In this document: positions 34,501 to 46,592 of the stretch, piece after piece | Numbering within the stretch: position 1 is the first letter of the stretch | Layout of the letters: each line of letters starts with the position of its first letter | Assembly (NCBI GenBank): GCA_030141605.1 | Contig: JAQGDQ010000020.1 | Coordinates: 992,001-1,056,000 of the forward strand | Direction: 5' to 3' | DNA from: Tubiluchus corallicola | Lineage: Eukaryota; Animalia; Priapulida | DNA length: 64,000 nt | Notes under the pieces: generated by a model | What the model saw: the letters and a program-made list of their open reading frames with translations, nothing else | The model's database searches: none | What the model was told of the DNA's origin: nothing | Made by a program: the position numbers and the translations under genes

Positions 34501-35876
34501 CAAATTTAGAGGAAGAGCAGGACATTCATGTGCACGTCTGTTGACCTGGTTTAAGCCACTCCGTCTAATGCACTGATCTCCTCCAAAGACAACTTCAGCC
34601 GATGTTGAAGGTTGGGAAGCCAGAAAGCCAAAGAGTTCAATAAGTATACCTTGTCCCCTCAAACAGAGAAAAAGTTTGCACAAAATGGCACATAAATTTT
34701 ATGGCACATTAGTTAATACTGTTATCTGCAATACAGGTATTGTACAATAGCCACAAGTTCATGTTCTCGATATACGGAAATGAGGACAAAGCATGTCATA
34801 CATAAATACTAGGCGACTAGTACTTAGCTCACACAACAATGACAGTCACATCAGCCACAAAACTACGGAAGGAACACCAATTAGATTTTCACTACAGAAC
34901 ACCCGTTGTACATTTGCGAGTTCTGTGTATTTTTTCACCGTAGCGTAGGAATATTTCTACTCAGTATGCAATGGAAAGATTCACATGCCTTTAGTGGCTT
35001 ACGGTGTTAATTTCAGAGGCAGAAAAATCAGGTACCTCTGTGGTGTAAAGGTAAGCGCACCTGCTAGGAAAAAGAAAGGTCTTTGTTTCGAATCCCAGTG
35101 CAAGTGCAAAACTTTTCAGACCTTCACATTGCTTTCATGCATTTATATTATTAAAACTTCATCATATACAACTAATGACCAGTATCCATCTCCAACTTGC
35201 TATTAACAGTTATTCAGTTATGAATTAGGTATGAGTTATTCAGGTATTGGTGCAAATCCAATTAAATTGTAGTGCTCACAGCACGAATTTGTGCAATTTC
35301 CGTAAATGGCAACGCAGCAAATCACACTGAAAGCGGAATTGAGTTAATGAAAAAACATGTTGCATCGCAAAAGAGAGTAAAGTGTGCAAATCTGGAAGCC
35401 CTTAAAAATTATGACTACACGTTCAATAATAACACAATCGAAAATTTTCAAGATTTTGACCAAAGTACAGTCTCACAACATTCTTAAACATTGCCAAACA
35501 TCACAGCTTAACTTATTCACCACACTGCAAAAACTTAATTGCCAGGAGTTTGTCAAATGCAGGAAAATGCCCGACTCCAAACTGTACCCTTAAGTATGAC
35601 GACAAGCTCTATTTACAACAACAAGAATATTACAAAATCAGAACCTTTACATAAGCTCACAGACACCACAAAATCTACTTGGCAATTAGCAAAATATTAC
35701 ATCACACTTCTACACAAATTATCCTCCAAATAATTAATTTACAAAAATGAGCGAAAGACATTGCTTACTGCTTGGTACTTTGGGATATTTACAAAGTTTG
35801 GTCACCTGACTGACATTCTTTCTCATCTGACTCACATAATACCCGGAAATTTCTCTCTTTGGAACAGTTATTCCAA

Positions 35877-36043
35877 CTATCCCGTCTCTTGCAAATAATC
35901 TTCTTCTCCGCTCGAAATCTCCGACGGACGATGGTAATTAGAGGTCAAACGCTGTCGTCGTCTCCACACCGTGACCACAGCCGCGACTACCCCCAAAATC
36001 ACCGCCATGCCGACACAAATGCCAACAACAATAAAGGTGTTAT
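35877..36043 (-). CDS. Terminal exon: TM helix and cytoplasmic tail (...WRRRQRLTSNYHRPSEISSGEEDYLQETG*)
   Basis: tttttgcag acceptor; hydrophobic 24-mer plus basic stop-transfer; TAG. Confidence 0.85.
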
Positions 36044-39000
36044 CTGCAAAAATGAAATGCGCATCATAGTTATAGCACTCTAATTTCAGCGTTCAACGAT
36101 TTAAAAAAATTCTAATTCTTGGTTTTTACATTCAGACCTTTCCATTTGACTGCGAAAAAAATGAAATACATACGTCCTTAATTAGCACAAAAATTTTTGT
36201 TCAAATTAAGAATAGCTGTAGCAGCACATTTGATTCATTTAGTGCGTGACTGCAGCAAGGGTAACTATTATATAAGCAATCGCAAAATCATTTTATTAAA
36301 AACTCATCAAGCGAAACACAGACCTTTTTTATTGGTTACATTACTCTTTCCCTTAGCTTCTATACTGACATCGGAAGTATTTGTGGCAGGTTTTGATTCA
36401 CCTGCAAAGAGACAATAAAAATTTTGAATCAACCAAACCGTGTAAACCACTCAATTTTGCAATGTTACCTAGATTTATAATGAAGCTGCTACTAAAGTAA
36501 CATTAGACTCAATTAGTCCCTGAAATGATCTCAGTGCAAGAGGCTACCATTAGTTCCTTGTAGTCAACCATGGCACACAGTAGTACGCAACCTTTGTATT
36601 GATCATGGCTATATAATTTTCTGTTTACATTTACTCGTGTATAAAATGTATATATTTACTTTTGTGCCCAATAAAATATTTTAATAATAATAATAATAAT
36701 AATAATAATTAGAAACTTAAAATTTGAATAACAGTTCAGAAAAAATAGAAATCTTCTAATTGATGCATTTCAGTCACAGGGAGTATTTGTTAATATCCTT
36801 CTTGAACAGTGGTTGTAGTAAACACATAAACAATTTTCTAAGCAAATTCCACAGATAAGCAGCCCTGGGGAAAACTGAATTTATAATCAGCCGTTCTGCA
36901 GTCTTACCATCGTCTGTTTGAGCAGCACTATTAGCTTCCTGCCCAGGCTCCTCCACTACATTATCTTTCTTTGGCATATTATCAGCTTTTTTGTTTTCAG
37001 TCTCACTTATCAGCTGACTTCCATCCTTCACTGACTCATCATCTTCTTCAACTGGCTTCACATCAGCTACCATTTCATCAAGCGTGTCTCCGTTCCCTGC
37101 TTCGAGATATCGAGGCACCTGAGAGTCTATGTCTTCATTGGTAAGCTCATCATTGATTGGCTCGGTTTCGGTTTCAGTCTGTCTTTCTCCTTCATCTAAA
37201 TATGCCGTGACAGGGGGCACATGGGTTGTAGCGGCGACAATCATCGGGATGGTACAATCCGTCACGGAAATTCTCTCATTATCAATCAGTTTTCTTTCTT
37301 GCCATGCATCTCCAATGTACGGCACTCTCATGCGCCCTCTACCGGTAATACTGAAAATTACGGCTCCAGGTTCACTCTGTATGTTGACCTTTAGAAAGCT
37401 TTCTGCTTTAAAAGCGCTCCCTAGGGAGATTTTTAAACCTGAAAAAAACAGTAGTTACAATAAATTGTACTGCAAAGTAGTTTTTAGTTAGCATGATTTA
37501 CTACCTAGGCAAAGTAGAGTAGTTCTGCAATGATACACCTAGGTTGCAATACTCATGATACACCTGAATTAATGTCTGCAGAATTATAAAAAAACTATAT
37601 CAAGCTGCTGATAATAAATGCTAAACATATAATTTATAAATCAGCAGTTTTAAGATTGCCAAATGCTAAAATAACTCGACAAACTGTTTGATTTTTCATT
37701 ATTACTTGTGCAATGTGTAGGCTACTGCTTGCATTGTAAGCCACCAGAAAAGCAAAACATATCAGTACTTTAGGTTTAAAAGTTGTGGTTCATAAACACC
37801 TTGCTTTTTCAACTGCTTTGGCTGTTAGTAATGCCTGTTAAATCAACTACTGGTCACTGCACTGATGTTTTTACATATCTACGGTACACTCTACAGCTGC
37901 AGCATGAATTACTTCACATCATTTTTCATCATACGGTCAAGTGCGTGCTAATTTGCTATATATAATTGACTCAGATTATCATGATATGGGTGCACTTTGG
38001 CAATATGCACAGCATAGTAAAAGATATCACGATGCATTGATACATCAACATATCGTTACAGGTCTAATGTACAGTACAAAAGATCTGAACAAGTGTTAGG
38101 AGATGAGCTAGTTAGTGATTTGAACAAGAATTAGACACATCATTGGATAAAACATGTAGTGGGAATAACTTAATGCTCACTGTATTAATGTACACTACAG
38201 AATTACACAGTATGTCAAAAAACTTCTACTACGGGTACAGTATGTGGTGTAACATTTCATTCTGGTAAGAATTTTGTAGTGCAGTAAGTGCTGTACACTT
38301 GACCCCTTTAGAGGTGGATGGTACTGACTGGGTGTAGGGGGTCTTTAGAAGGTGAACGTTTTATACATATTAGATAAACATTTTATCAGTCACAACAATG
38401 TTAATATTGTGTTATCAGATATTTTTTAAAAGAAAATAAAGTAACAATAATACTAAAACGTAAAGATATCAACAACAGCAACATATAATACATTTAAAAA
38501 TAAAAATTTACAACATTACAAATTACATTACCATAAATATCACAAACAAAGTTATAATATTCTGATAAAACTACTGCTTAATTGTATTTAAAAGTTTTTG
38601 CATTCATAACAACAGACTACATTTACAAATCACTGCTAAAGTTATTTTAAAGTATTTGCACATATAAATATGAAAACCTAGGCATACAATACTTTGAAGA
38701 AAATTTTATGTACCTAAAAATGTCTCCTTTATAATATAAACGACACGACAACACTGAAAATGGTTTTCTAACCTGGAATCCGATGCTGGTCCCCATCTGC
38801 AAACATATTGGAAAAGTTATGAACATTGAACTGAGGCGCATCACCCCATATGAGCACAGTAGGTGGCTCCTCACAGTGGAATAATTTGAGACCACCGGTA
38901 AAGTTCTTTGCCTGAAACCAAATACAGTTTCATTGAAACTTACAGAAATACTAGGCAACGATAATCAGAGCACTGTGCACAAAAATTACCACCCACAATA

Positions 39001-42000
39001 TTGCCAAATAAATGAAATACGATATTGCACACAAAGAGTCGTACAAAGTGACATGTAGTACAATAACATTTCTAAGCACCTATCTAAAGCTATATACACA
39101 CAAAAGAGGTTATAGCAACAGGTGTCACCTTCAAAAGCCTACATGGCGACTATGTCCTTGTGTGCGAGAGGGGCTGACTTAGCCACTCCAGATATAATTC
39201 AAATACGGAAGTGCCTAGTTACACAAAAGAATGTAAATAAGTCTTTAAATAAGTGATGCAGGTCAGTCTTAAATTACAAGTTAAAAATATTAGCATTAAA
39301 AAAATTATCATAGCAAACAGCATAGAAAAATGGATAATAAATAACAGGGACATACCATGGCAATTCCTTCACAGTTAAGCCCTGTACAATCTGTGGTGCC
39401 ACGGCAATTGCTGTGGTCATTATCTCTATGCTCTGTGATTTTCTTAGCCAACAAGGTCCATGACAAGCACTGCTCATCCCTACTAGCATACACATCACTA
39501 CCTACAAGGTAGTAAAAATTAAAACATTAGCATGCCTGCTGTATGCAGAAAATACACATATATGGAACAAATTTGAGAAATGGTTGGTCATAGAGAATAT
39601 CTTGTTAAAAGCATTTAGTTGTATTTATTCTTTAATTTAATCACATGTAATTAGGTCTTGTTTCCTCAGTCTCACATTATATCATTTCGTTCTGAAAAGT
39701 GAAACAGGGTTTTCCCGCTCTGAATGCGGTATACCAGTGCTTGATTTTCCGGGAAACTGAAAATGCATGTTGTTCTGTACAGTGTACACCGCCCGAAAGC
39801 GTGTCGCTATTCATTTACGTCGGATCACCTTAGATACCTATTGCAGTGCAACACTAGTCGCTGAGAAACAGATGCAACCATCACATGAATGAATTAATGA
39901 AATAATCACTCATTGTTCAATAATCTGTTGAATAGTAAGTTAAAATTAAAAAATGCGAACGATAATGATGTGTAATAGTGTAACATGTAATTATGTTCTT
40001 CGTGGGGTCGTAATATGATGCAGGGTTCTGGAATTCATATGACGCAGGGTTCTGGAATTCAGTACGATGCAAGAGTTCTGGAAAAGGGTAACCATCAACA
40101 AAGGGTTGGGAACCACTGTGTTAAAGCATCACAAAAAATACTCACAGGCTTCTTAAAAGCAATATAGCTAAATACCTTCCAATTTCACAGGCTATCAGCC
40201 TACTTTGATTTTGCGTAACAATCACTTTTATAGCAGCAAGTGTTTTGCCATTATGAAGCTATGGATAAGTAATGAAAATAAATTGTGTAATATCAATTTA
40301 TCAAAAGAACTTTCAAGACTAACTTAGCTATTTTCACTTGTCACTGCTACCCTTCACTTAGAAATTTATTTCACACATAGGAAAATACAATCACAACAAT
40401 AATATTTGCAATAATAAGATTAAGAATTTAATTAGCGTGAAAGGAGGGTACGACATATGGTTATTTGCACACAACCCTCAAAGATACTTTTTATGATTTT
40501 TTTCATTTTCTTACTCGAATGCAATGCCTAAGAGTGCCAGTATTGTTGTAATGTAAAGCACTACCAACTTCAAAAATACACTACATGCAATATATGTGAT
40601 GCCAATCTTACCACTATCTTTTATACTTAAGACATACTTTAAACACGATAAACCAACAAAAACATGAGCAACCAAACGCAATTTTATATATAAAAACATT
40701 TTCAAGAAAACAGATGTAAATACACTGTTAACAGACGACCCACATACAGTTACATTGAAAACTAACTTTACCACCATGAGGCGCTGAAATAGCACAAAGT
40801 TAGAAAACCCATGGGAACTTGTTTAACCCCATAAAATCTAAATTGTAATTAAATTTGCTAACATCTATTTACGATTTTCGTAATTAACGATACTTTTCCA
40901 TATTATATTGCTTCTGTATAATTTGGTTTATAAGACTAGAGCTACTTTAAATTCTGTAAAAAAATATTAATTTAAATGTCAGTTTACTTTCGGTTCTCTT
41001 ACCAATTTTAATATGGCGACTTCCATTAGTGCATTTTTATCACTTATACTAGCGTGAATTTTTGGCGATAGCCGCGATACTATTACTGAGACAAAAGGTA
41101 CGTTTGATATCACAACTTTATCATTATAAGGAATCTAAAAGATAAGTTTTTATTTAGCATATGTTTTAAAAACAGGTCACATTTAATTCTGATACTATAA
41201 ATTTCACCATCTATGCATAAATTTAAAATGAATATTGAGAAGCCAGAGAAGGGACCGTACACGAGTTGTACTTTAAGTCCTGGTTTCATTTGAAAGAAGA
41301 TTGTAAAGACCGTTTGTCGCATTAGCCCATGTACAGAGAAGTGCGGTACTTGGTCCAGCAGTGGTATGCGTGCTGCCCAAATACCACAGGAGAAACTGAG
41401 CCGAGTTTCCCTTAGTTGTAGCGTCAGTTCTCCTTATTTATTTAATACTGATAATAACTTAAAATAAAATATCAATGTAATTTAAATATTTAACTAAATA
41501 TAATTAATATATTATTTACTTTACCACCATGTGGATAAAATATACATTCGATAAAAAGTCAATAACGTACTGTTAATTCTGAGCCATTCGGATGAGCATT
41601 ATTAAATTTGGATTGATAATTAATATTTTTGAGGTTAAATTGGCCAGCTTTTTGGGCAATTCTAATATATAATTAAGGTATGTCATTTCTATTTTGTCTT
41701 GCTTCATAAGAGGTGCATAAGCAAGTGGTCAACTTCATTACCTTTTCATCAAACACTGTTTTTTCTCTTAAGTTCAGTATACCCACTAGTGAGCCATTTA
41801 CCATCTAACCTTTTGTTCAGCAAATGGGCTAAAGAGTCACTGATATTCACTGCACAATCTATTATAAAATGAAAAATTTTACCAAATTTTTAAAAATTTG
41901 TCGAAATTTTCTATGTAATATTAAAATAATGAGCAAAATCGCCAATTTAGTATTTAGGCTCACCTTCATGGTGAGTAAACCCTGATTTCCGTCTCTTGCA

Positions 42001-45000
42001 CCAATCTTTCGTCCACTGAGTAGCTAACCAAGGCTTGTCCAGTTGTTCGTTGTTGGTTTGCTCTCCTCCTAATATACCGACTGGTATTAAAATAGGAGGT
42101 TTCTCGCGGGAAGTTCTGAATGAAGTTTATGTTTAAAACTATTTACATTATTTGCGCTCACTAATGATTCCTGTAATGAGTTCCACAGTATTACTTCGGC
42201 TTGTGAAAAACTATGCCGATACTTTTCAGTATTAACCCTATGCTTGTACAATTTAACACTATGCCCACGTGTAATGCTTCTATTGAGTGTAAAAAAGTGG
42301 TTTGCATTGATTGCAGTAAATCCCTTAAGAATCTTGAACATTTCAATAAGTCTTCCCCTTCGAATTCTTGCAGAAAGTCGATACATGTCTAATTTTTGCT
42401 GTTTTTGTGAATATGAGAGTCCTTCAAGACCTATGATCATGTCCATAGCTCGTGCTTGTACCTGCTCCAGAGCACAGATGTTCTTGAGATAGTAAGGGTC
42501 CATACCTGACATATTTGAGATGAAGACGAACAAGAGATTCATATAGTGGGAGATAGTTCACCTGTTTTGGAAATTATGGTTCTACGAATAAATCCAAGGA
42601 TTTTGGTACTCTTAGTAATTGTCTTAGAGACTGTGAAAATTTAGTTTGCTATCTGCTAACAGTCCAAGATCAACCTCCTCAGTGACTACAGGCAAATCGG
42701 CATCACCAAAGCTGTATGTCGCTGGATTGATCTGATTACCCAAATGCATCACCTTGCATTACCATCGAGTATGTTAAATTCCATCTGCCATTTATCAGCC
42801 CTTGGACAGATTTGGTGCAAGTCTTCTTGGAGCTGTCTCACTTGCATAGAAGAACATATTGGATATGCTAATTTGGTATTGTCAGCAAACTTGAGTAGCC
42901 GACTAACTACATTATCATCCATGTCGTCAATAAAGATAAGAAATAACAAGGGTCCAAGGACACTTCCTTGGGACAGTAGAAGAAGCACAACCCTCGACTT
43001 AGACATGAAGGAATCTGTCACTTAGCCATGCTGTTATCCATTTAAGCAGTTGTCCTTGAATACCATATGCCTCAATCTCCTATGTAGGACTTTGCCAAAT
43101 GCTTTCGCTAGGTCTAGGTAACTATATCAAGAGAACTACCATGATCCAATGTGGAGAATACATATTTGAAAAACTCCTGTAAATTACTTGTCACTGACCG
43201 TTTCTTGAGAAACCCATGTTGAGATCTTTTTAAATAATTGTTAGATGGCAGATAGACAAGGATTGTATTGACGACATACCTCTCCACCAGTTTGCCAACA
43301 GTTCTGGCAATGGCAACTGGCCTGTAGATTGCAGGTTTATTTTTAGGTTCCTTTTTATGAATCAGACTAATGCGAGATAACTTCCAATTACTGGGAACAT
43401 CACCAGTAGCTAAAGACATTCTGAAGATTAATGTCAGTAGCTTGACCAGCAAATCAGCAGCCTTAACCAGTATTTTTGGGTGAATTAAGTCTGGTCCTGC
43501 AGATGCACTGGCTCTCAGTCCAAGTAACAATTTGTGTACATCATGCTGAGTTATGGTAACTGTACATAAAACTCCATCCCCTTTCTAGGTACTTGAGGTA
43601 GATTAGTCAGATTCTGTACAGTAAAAACACTCTGGAATTGGATATTTAGAATTTCTGCCATTAATCCTGGGTCAGATGTTGTTTCATTGGTTAGTGGACC
43701 ACCCTTAAGACGACTAGTTCTGTTTGCATTGACATACCGCCAGAAAGAGTGTGCATCATCTTTGATATTTAAGGCTAGCTTGATTTCAAAGTTTCGTTCA
43801 GCACGTCAGATAGTCGCTTGAGTCCGCTTTGCCTGTCTCTTGATGTCAAAAGGTCTTGATAATCAAGTGTTTGCTTATAGATCGTGTACAAACGCTGTTT
43901 ATTCCTAACAGCTTTATTGCAATTATAATTAAACCAGAGAGGTTTGCTATTATTACTAGAACTATATTTGGGTACAGATTTATGAATACACTCTTGCATT
44001 CTGTCCTTAAAAAGATTCCAACACATGTAAGCATCACCCAAATGAAACAGGTGATCCCACAGGATTGATATCATTATAGTAGCAATAGATTCAAAATTGG
44101 CTTTTTAAAAATTGAAACGAGAGTTTAGTGGCTTCTTAAAGGCCAAGAAAATGGCCAACCAAAGTATTATATTTTGTTTCTATTATTATAATAATATTAT
44201 ATTGTTATAATATTATTATATTATATTATTATAACCAAAAAAATTATATCACCTAAGTATAATCTTACCGAATAATGTACTCACATTTTCGCGTTTACTC
44301 CAATTTTTGTAAAATATTTCAACCGCTGCAGTAAACGTTGGTGGAGACGTGTTTCATTTAGTCCGCCAATTGAAAAGCCAGCATGTGACTGATCATGTGG
44401 CATGACATCACTCAAACACAGTTGCAGTGAGTTCTGAGCACGTGTACTATAAAGATTTGTGTTGTGGTTCTGTGGCGCCATCTAATATGACAGTCTCACG
44501 GGAGTATTTAAAATGAAAACAAACAGGAAATTCTTTTAATGTGAGTATGATGATAAACGCTTAAGATTGCCTCTAACCGTTATAATTCTTTAGTGAAAAT
44601 TTTCTGAGACTTGCTTTAACTAGGCCTTTTCTTGTCCTTTAAGAGAGAACTGCAAGAGAGTCCTTTTGCCAAGTAATAACTGGATGATCTGATGTGCCAA
44701 TTTCCTCTCTAACCTCTAGGTTTTCTACTAACAACTCATCTGGTACCAGTACTAGATCAAGGGTATTAAAGCCTCTTGTAGGGTCAACCACCATTTGATT
44801 AAGAAAACATTGTTGTATAACATCAAGAAATCTACTAAAGTTAGTATCCCCTTTCAAAGTGGACCAATTTGCATTCGGAAAATTAAAGTCACCACACAAA
44901 ATAAAATTGGGTGAGCCAGCTGCAGCAATATCATGTATAAGCTTAAATAGAAAGGAATCATTTTGAAATGAAGAATTTGGAGGCCTATACACAACCCCCA

Positions 45001-45394
45001 CATTGAGAGATAGCTTATTGTCCAAGCATAGGGTAACTTCAATAAGCTCATTAAATTTGGTGTCGACATTAAAAAGGAAACACGAAATGAACTTTTTGAC
45101 TAAAATTATGATGCCACCTCCCCTTAGATTAGCTCTATCATAACGAAAAGTGGTATAATCTTTAAAATAAAAATGCGGTCATCAATCAAGTCACTTCCCC
45201 AGAACTCTGTAATACAAGTGACGACAGGTTGCAACAAAACAATATAACTTTGCAAACCATCAATTTTATTCATAAGGCTTCTGGCATTGATATAAAAGAA
45301 ATTTAAAGTATACTCAAGTACACTTAAGTTCATCTAAGTCCTTGGTAACATATATATGTATGTGTACATATGTATGTATATATACATATATATA

Positions 45395-45444
<50 letters not shown>

Positions 45445-45586
45445 TAGACAGACAGTCATACATACAGTCATATAGATGTTTTGAAAGGAACTTGGGATTA
45501 CTCGGCTTGACCCACATCATTAATTAACCACATTTCAGTTTTTTCCAATTTCCAGTTATAATTTACCTGATCTGGGTTTTCATCAT
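35877..45586 (-). CDS. Uncharacterised single-pass type I membrane protein (~380 aa: signal peptide, 6-Cys ectodomain, acidic stalk, TM helix, short tail)
   Basis: Exons (minus): 45586-45567 and 40580-40515 (both tentative), 39497(or 39501)-39356, 38911-38773, 37438-36908, 36401-36324(or 36345), 36043-35877. The last five are GT-AG, open and phase-consistent. TM segment FIVVGICVGMAVILGVVAAVVTVW followed by RRRQR. Confidence 0.8.
36324..36401 (-). CDS. Stalk exon (GESKPATNTSDVSIEAKGKSNVTNKK)
   Basis: ctttgcag acceptor; phase 1-1; donor ambiguous (36324 or 36345). Confidence 0.65.
36908..37438 (-). CDS. Large exon: end of ectodomain plus acidic stalk
   Basis: tttttcag acceptor, gtaaga donor; 531 nt open; overlaps ORF 36774..37331. 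Confidence 0.85.
38773..38911 (-). CDS. Ectodomain exon (AKNFTGGLKLFHCEEPPTVLIWGDAPQFNVHNFSNMFADGDQHRIP)
   Basis: tttcag acceptor, gttaga donor; phase 0 to 1. Confidence 0.8.
39356..39497 (-). CDS. Cys-rich ectodomain exon (DVYASRDEQCLSW...NCRGTTDCTGLNCEGIAM)
   Basis: Tandem acceptor ttgTAGgTAG, gtatgt donor; open frame. Confidence 0.75.
40014..40083. repeat. Three copies of a ~22-bp unit ATGATGCAGGGTTCTGGAATTC next to a hAT-like terminus (GGTTGGGAACCACTG, ~40104-40118)
   Basis: Direct reading. Confidence 0.6.
40515..40580 (-). CDS. Candidate signal-peptide exon (VFLKLVVLYITTILALLGIAF)
   Basis: tgtag acceptor, gtaaga donor; hydrophobic; joins MMKTQIS from 45586-45567 in frame. Confidence 0.5.
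42000..45340 (-). mobile_element. Decayed near full-length ORF2 of a CR1-clade LINE (APE + RT), intronic
   Basis: Fragments in the correct order on the minus strand: YINARSL, VVYRPP/GDFN/LDLV/SDH, KPLWF, GPDLIHP/YRPV/QHGF, QGSVLGPLLFLIFIDD/KFADNTK, RGHSVKL/WNSL/VNSFK; many stops and frameshifts. Confidence 0.92.
44140..44638. mobile_element. TTAA-specific MITE (Kolobok-like) nested in the CR1 element
   Basis: TTAA|AGGCCAAGAAAATGGCC ... GGCCTTTTCTTGTCCT|TTAA; LINE coding sequence resumes on the other side (FNFxKANFE). Confidence 0.75.
45348..45470. repeat. (TA)n-rich microsatellite
   Basis: Direct reading. Confidence 0.95.
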
Positions 45587-46116
45587 AAGACGTAAAAATT
45601 ACCCTGCTTTACAGGGGTACACTCATTCATTAAACAAGTGTACCCCTGTGAAATGCAGTTGTTGACTGATTGCTGCTTGATCCACAAATATTTCCCAAAA
45701 TGGTGCCAAAAATGCTAAAGTGAAAAGTTGGTCTTCAGTTGGGGTTAGAGCAACTCATGTGGTTTAATTTTGTTCACGCTCTTTTTCTAGTTTCTTTCAG
45801 TAAAGACCAGACTGTTTTAGGGTGTTGCAAATCAATGAATTGAAGGTGGCTACCATTCTGGTAATTCCCACTTTCTCTTCGAGCAGGTCTATGGAAGTTG
45901 CTCAAGTGAAGGACCATACTAAAATCAGACTTGTACTTAACTACTTGTGGAATTGTACTCACAGACTGACAGTCATGCAGACAGACAGACAGACAAGCAG
46001 GAAAACAGACAAACAAAGAGGCAGATCAGGTTGTGTTATAGCGAATACTTTGAATTATGTTCTTGTTAGCTTACTGGTATTTTTGGTACACAGTTTCACG
46101 CTTGTTTTTATCTCAC

Positions 46117-46592
46117 CTTGTAAACAATGCGTAATTTTGTTTACCCCGAGTTTCAGGGCATAACACGGAAATTCCGGCAATACGTCGTCTGCTTACGTCC
46201 TCGTGCAGGGACGCATCCGGTTTTACTCACCATACTCGGAAAATAACCTCTGCGCGGCTCTAACTTTGTTTTAATTAAATCTTTTTAACTCGGTTTTTTG
46301 TACTAAACTTAGCACCACGCCGCTAAAATTGTTCGATATTTTTTACAATAGACGATCGGTAGAGTTATTTGCATTCTAGAGTGTTGTAAACAGGTCTGTC
46401 ACTGTTTACCCTAAACATCCTGATTTGCTCGTGGTCTAGCTTTCTAGGCTTGAACGCTGACGCAGCTGCTAGGCAATCATTATATAAACCGCTGCTGCGT
46501 GTGTTTACAGTTCAATACACGACTAAACGTTTGCGCATACGGGATTCAGAAAGCGTGAGGACATTTTGAGAGACAAAATATCTACATAATTG
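46117..46592. promoter_or_regulatory. Probable bidirectional promoter with divergent non-coding first exons
   Basis: Local CpG enrichment; minus-strand donor AAG/gtgaga at 46116 and plus-strand donor TG/gtaagt at 46593; TATATAAA at about 46481. Confidence 0.55.

Noticed and set aside
34100-34700. Short ORFs and ATGA...AAA...GA SECIS-like words
   Set aside because: Spacing is wrong for a SECIS helix II and none of the gene models has an in-frame TGA; probably 3'UTR.
39129-39214. Possible extra exon of the membrane-protein gene (ALPYLNYIWSG*)
   Set aside because: In-frame stop before a usable donor; the flanking exons already join in phase 0.
46153-46161. ATG-CCC-TGA as a possible selenocysteine read-through start
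   Set aside because: A TAA follows four codons later; it is at most a uORF.
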